From: an uncultured archaeon
GTDB lineage: Archaea > Halobacteriota > Archaeoglobi > Archaeoglobales > Archaeoglobaceae
Assembly: GCA_964655455.1 (NCBI GenBank)
Contig: CAZZMN010000006.1
Coordinates: 36,951 to 100,950 of the forward strand
Length of the DNA stretch: 64,000 bases
Direction: 5' to 3'
Of this stretch, positions 59,947-64,000 are shown piece after piece; position 1 is the first letter of the stretch, and every line of letters starts with the position of its first letter. The translations under genes and the position numbers were made by a program. Below the pieces are notes generated by a model. It ran no database searches and was not told where the DNA came from. It worked only from the letters and a program-made list of their open reading frames with translations.

Positions 59947-61359
59947 ATGTTTGAAATTATAGCGAAAGATGTAATGGGAAGAATCGGAAAACTGCAAACA
60001 CCTCATGGAGTAGTTGAGACACCCGCTCTCATGCCTGTGATAAATCCTAATATTGAATTTATCCCCGCCAAAGATATGAAAAAATATGGAGCTGAAATTC
60101 TCATAACCAACTCGTACATCATCTACAAAACAAAGAAACTCCGAGAAATGGCACTAAAAAAGGGTTTACATTCTGTTTTGGGAACGGATCTGCCAATAAT
60201 GACTGATAGTGGGAGTTACCAGCTTATGGTTTATGGTGATATTGATGTGAGCAACCGTGAGATAGTAGAATTCCAGAGGGATATTGAAAGCGACATAATA
60301 ACTCCCCTCGATATTCCGACGCCTCCAGATGCGGACTACGAAACGGCGAAGAAGGATCTTGAAGAAACAATAAGGAGAGAAAAGGAAGCTGAAGAAATTG
60401 TCGGTGAAGGTAGCCTTCTAACAATTCCGATACAAGGATCTACACATTACGATTTAAGAAGACTGGCTGCAATAGAGGCTTCGAAAATCAGAGGAGACGT
60501 ATTCGCCATTGGAGCAGTAGTCCCCCTCCTCGATACATACAGATTTGCAGAGGTTTCCAAAATCGTTTTGGAAGTCAAATCCAACCTCCCTTCAAATAAG
60601 CCAGTCCATCTGTTCGGAGCCGGTCATCCAATGATCTTCGCAATCTTTGCGGCTCTTGGAATCGATTTGTTCGACTCTGCTGCTTACGCACTCTTCGCAA
60701 AGGATGATCGCTATCTAACTCCTCACGGAACTTTAAAACTTGGAGAGATACAATACTTCCCTTGTAGCTGTCCGGTTTGCCTTTCTTACACACCAGAAGA
60801 ATTAAGAAGGCTTGATAAAAACGATAGAGCTAAGCTGATTGCGGAGCACAATCTTTATGTGAGTTTCGAGGAAATTAGAAGAGTAAAGCAAGCTATAAAG
60901 AATAATGAACTCTTCGAACTCGTTGAAAGGAGGATAAGAGGCCATCCCTATCTGATTCAGGCTTGGAGGGTTATAAAAGACTACTATGAAGTTTTGGAGA
61001 AATACGATCCATCTCTGAAGCGGGTCTTTTTCTACCTTGGGAGAGAAAGTCTTCTGAGACCTGCTATCAGGCGATATCATGAAAAGGTTTTGAACGTCAG
61101 CGTGGATAAAAAAGAAATTACGATCTCATCAGATTTCGGAATAAGGGCTGATTTCTACCTAAAGCCAGCTTTTGGAGTTATACCCGCGGAGCTTCTTGAA
61201 AGTTATCCGGCAGGACATGCTGAGATGCCTGAGGATATAGACGATGAGGCCTATATTATGGCGGTGGAGGGATTAAAGAAATTCCTTGAAAGGAATAAAG
61301 ATAAGAAGGTGAAATTAATTTTAGGCGAGAAGTGGAAGAGGTTTTTAAATGAGGATTGA
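59947..61359 (+). CDS. tgtA: archaeosine tRNA-guanine transglycosylase (short form, no obvious PUA tail)
   Basis: GRIGKLQTPHGVVETPALMPV, MTDSGSYQ (catalytic Asp context), and the zinc site CSCPVC...H. 470 aa. Confidence 0.85.
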   Translation: MFEIIAKDVMGRIGKLQTPHGVVETPALMPVINPNIEFIPAKDMKKYGAEILITNSYIIYKTKKLREMALKKGLHSVLGTDLPIMTDSGSYQLMVYGDIDVSNREIVEFQRDIESDIITPLDIPTPPDADYETAKKDLEETIRREKEAEEIVGEGSLLTIPIQGSTHYDLRRLAAIEASKIRGDVFAIGAVVPLLDTYRFAEVSKIVLEVKSNLPSNKPVHLFGAGHPMIFAIFAALGIDLFDSAAYALFAKDDRYLTPHGTLKLGEIQYFPCSCPVCLSYTPEELRRLDKNDRAKLIAEHNLYVSFEEIRRVKQAIKNNELFELVERRIRGHPYLIQAWRVIKDYYEVLEKYDPSLKRVFFYLGRESLLRPAIRRYHEKVLNVSVDKKEITISSDFGIRADFYLKPAFGVIPAELLESYPAGHAEMPEDIDDEAYIMAVEGLKKFLERNKDKKVKLILGEKWKRFLNED

Positions 61360-62893
61360 AAAAGAGGATGGATTCGCAAGAATTTGTGAGTTTGACGGGA
61401 TAGAGACACCCTACATTATCGATTTAAGGGGGGACTTCAAATTTTTAGATAAGATCGAAAGAAAACCACCGGAGATTTTAAAAAAGATAAAACCAGAACT
61501 TTTCGAGGAATTTCATAAAGAGAACGAGATAAAGAAAATCGTTCCCATTTCCCTCTACTCATCAGATTTTTTCAAAGCTATCTACGATCTCAGATCCTCC
61601 ACAGAGGCTCCCCTCTATATATCTTCGTGTGCAACGCCGCAGAATCTCTCCCTTCTCGTTTATTTGGGAGGAGATTTTTTTGACAACGCGTTAGCCTTAA
61701 GAAAAGCTTTTGAGGGCTTATATCTTACAGAGGTGGGTGAGTTCGAGTTGCGGGCACTCAAAACACTCCCGTGCAACTGCGAAGCTTGTCTAAGTAGAGA
61801 TAGATATAAGAGCGATTTCGAATTCTTGGCCGATCATAACACGAATGCACTCCTAAGAGAACTTAACATCGTAAAGGAGGCGATACGCAATGAATCTCTG
61901 AGAGAGCTCGTTGAATCGAGAGTCAGAACAAAACCCGAAACTACTGCAGTCCTGAGACTATTCGATGCGAATGCGGATATACAAAAGTTCCCGCGATTCA
62001 GGAGATCGAATCTCTACCCCACTACAGAGGACTCGTTTAACCGACCCGAAATCCGATATTATTTTAAAAGACTTGAGGAGATATATGATCCCGTCTCTCC
62101 TACGGCTTTGATACTTCCATGTTCAGCAGTGAAGCCATATCTCCTATCAAAAACTCACAGAAGGATAAGGAGTGCCTTAGGTGATCTCATAAGAGGGATA
62201 AACGAGATCATAGTTTCATCTCCCTTCGTCGCTCCGAGAGAGCTTGAACTAATCTATCCAATCGCATTTTACAATACCCCGACTACGGGAATTTGGAGCG
62301 AGTGGGAGATCGATTTCGTTGCCAAAAAACTCGCTGGATTGCTGGAGAAATTTGAAAACGTAATAGCATTTGTCCACAACGGATACAAAAGGGTTGTCGA
62401 GCGTTCTGCAAGGCTCATGGGAATCGACGTAACTTTTGCTGATGACTTTAATGAGCTTAGAAGCTACCTAAACAGAGCTGAAAGAGAAGATTTTGATCTC
62501 TACAGGGAGATGTTTAGACATATGCTCAGATACCAGTTCGGTGTGGAATTCGAATCAAAGAGTGTACGCGGCAAATACCCGAATCTCGAATTTTTTAACG
62601 AGGAGAGAATTGCGAGGGTGGACATGAGATACGGAAATCTGGACGTGTATTTCGAGCTTGCGGAGTATTTACTGAAAAAGCAAATCTACACTGTTGAGAT
62701 AGAGGATTTCGATGTTAAGGGAACGATATTCTCAAAAGGTGTGATAAGGGCGGATGAGAAAATAAAACCTAATGACGTCGTAGTCTATTATAGCAGCTAT
62801 ATCATCGGTGTGGGTCAAGCTGTGATTTCGGGGAGGGAAATGGGAAAGATCGATGGTAAAGCAATAATCTCAAGAAGGAAAAAACTTATCTGA
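61349..62893 (+). CDS. arcS: archaeosine synthase ArcS (TgtA2 paralogue with C-terminal PUA-like domain)
   Basis: TGT-like N-terminus (GFARICEFDGIETPYIIDL), CNCEAC zinc motif, and the C-terminal VVVYYSSYIIGVGQAVISGREM PUA-like end. It overlaps tgtA by 11 nt. Confidence 0.75.
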   Translation: MRIEKEDGFARICEFDGIETPYIIDLRGDFKFLDKIERKPPEILKKIKPELFEEFHKENEIKKIVPISLYSSDFFKAIYDLRSSTEAPLYISSCATPQNLSLLVYLGGDFFDNALALRKAFEGLYLTEVGEFELRALKTLPCNCEACLSRDRYKSDFEFLADHNTNALLRELNIVKEAIRNESLRELVESRVRTKPETTAVLRLFDANADIQKFPRFRRSNLYPTTEDSFNRPEIRYYFKRLEEIYDPVSPTALILPCSAVKPYLLSKTHRRIRSALGDLIRGINEIIVSSPFVAPRELELIYPIAFYNTPTTGIWSEWEIDFVAKKLAGLLEKFENVIAFVHNGYKRVVERSARLMGIDVTFADDFNELRSYLNRAEREDFDLYREMFRHMLRYQFGVEFESKSVRGKYPNLEFFNEERIARVDMRYGNLDVYFELAEYLLKKQIYTVEIEDFDVKGTIFSKGVIRADEKIKPNDVVVYYSSYIIGVGQAVISGREMGKIDGKAIISRRKKLI

Positions 62894-62912
62894 TCTTTAT
62901 CAAGCTTACATT

Positions 62913-64000
62913 ATGTATTACGAGATCAGGGAGATAAAATCCAGATCTCTCCAGATCAATTTGGAAGATGGAAAAGTGGAGAAGCCCAAGTATTCCGAAT
63001 TTGAAGGAAAATCCTTTAGGGTTCTGAAAAACGGATTTTGGGGATATTTCGTAGGAGATGTAAATGACGAAGATGGGATTAAAAAGGCTGAAAGGCTAGC
63101 AATTATCGAAGGGGATGCAGATGTTGATGAAAAACCTTTCAGTGGAAAATTTTTTTACAAAGAAAAGAAACCATTCGACGAAGTGGATGTGGAAGACAAA
63201 ATAAAAATCTTAAGAGAAATCGATTACTATCTAAAAGAGAACGTTATCAGTAGGAAAATCGTCTACATCGAAACTGTAAAAGAGGTAACGATCAGAAATT
63301 CTTCAGGTGGCGAGGTCACGTTCAGAGTTCCGAGATGCGGAGTTATAATGCAAGCTTTCGCTAAGGGAAAAACGCTCCAGTTTTATTCAGATAGAATATT
63401 AAAGGTTGGAGGATTAGAGGTGATCGAAAAAGCTCACGAAAAAGCGAGCGAAGTATCAGAGATTGCCGTAAAACTATCGAATGCCGATGCACCCCCATCC
63501 GGCATAATGAACGTTGTTATGAATCCGTCTCTCACGGGTGTATTCATCCATGAGGCTTTTGGGCACGGAGTTGAGGCAGATCACGTTCTTCAAAACGCAA
63601 CTGTTCTAAAAGACATGAGAGGAAAAAAAGTCGCGGCTGATTGTGTTAACGTGTATGATGACCCCACAATTCCGGAGTTCGGCTTTTTCCCGTTCGACGA
63701 CGAAGGATACAAAGCCGAAAGGAAAGTGATAATCGAGGGAGGTTATCTAAGAAATTTCCTTAATACAAGGGAAACTGCGAAAAAATTGGGAGGGGTCGCT
63801 GGTAATGCAAGGGCGGAGAATCTCGCCGTTCCGATTGTTAGAATGAGCAACACCTTTATCGATTCGGGAGACTACACCCTTGAAGAGCTACTCAGTGATG
63901 CGGAAGTAATCCTCTTCGGTTCGAGGGGAGGAGAAACAAATCCAGCGACGGGATACTTCCATTTTAACGCCCAGTTTGGCTATATAGTTGAGAAGGGCGA
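62913..64000 (+). CDS. tldD: TldD/PmbA-family metalloprotease (TldD-like), 3' end cut by window
   Basis: Not in the ORF track because there is no stop before the window end. My hand translation from the ATG at 62913 is open to 64000 and contains HEAFGHGVEAD, GNARAE and RMSNTF. Confidence 0.8.
   Translation, partial: MYYEIREIKSRSLQINLEDGKVEKPKYSEFEGKSFRVLKNGFWGYFVGDVNDEDGIKKAERLAIIEGDADVDEKPFSGKFFYKEKKPFDEVDVEDKIKILREIDYYLKENVISRKIVYIETVKEVTIRNSSGGEVTFRVPRCGVIMQAFAKGKTLQFYSDRILKVGGLEVIEKAHEKASEVSEIAVKLSNADAPPSGIMNVVMNPSLTGVFIHEAFGHGVEADHVLQNATVLKDMRGKKVAADCVNVYDDPTIPEFGFFPFDDEGYKAERKVIIEGGYLRNFLNTRETAKKLGGVAGNARAENLAVPIVRMSNTFIDSGDYTLEELLSDAEVILFGSRGGETNPATGYFHFNAQFGYIVEKG

Noticed and set aside
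1-64000. Window-wide scan for CRISPR arrays, IS or transposase genes, integrases, and rRNA or tRNA genes.
   Set aside because: No regularly spaced direct repeats, terminal inverted repeats, transposase or integrase motifs, or structured RNA genes were recognised. The only mobile elements seen are the two inteins.

Overview
This is a densely packed chromosomal segment of about 70 genes on both strands, with many 4-50 nt gene overlaps. Its gene content reads like an Archaeoglobus-type euryarchaeon. Archaeal information genes are present: PriL, Pelota, aSUI1, GatE, an NFACT/Rqc2 homologue, TruA and TgtA-ArcS. Metabolic modules include fwdDBAC plus mch, sucCD-sdhABCD, ilvBN and hemL-hemC-cobA. 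There is a class II ribonucleotide reductase carrying two inteins, and eight radical SAM genes. By eye I found no rRNA, tRNA, CRISPR array or IS element. The best candidate for an undescribed system lies at 11.8-15.3 kb. There a LarE-type PP-loop enzyme is start/stop-coupled (ATGA) to a NifB-type radical SAM. Both converge on a NifD-like/NifH-like pair. The single D-like subunit appears, in a by-eye alignment, to keep all five NifD cluster-ligand positions, and no K/E/N partner is in the window. The NifH-like gene has ATC where its Met should be, and a bacterial-type FabH sits next door. Other notable items: (1) a three-gene radical SAM island at 1.8-5.5 kb; (2) two radical SAM genes fused to the ilvBN operon; (3) a SPASM radical SAM co-oriented with a YhhQ transporter; (4) a decayed CoA-transferase gene fragment; (5) a possible eL41-like 34-codon ORF; and (6) two promoter-proximal repeat or palindrome elements. 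All coordinates and alignments were worked out by hand and need computational confirmation.
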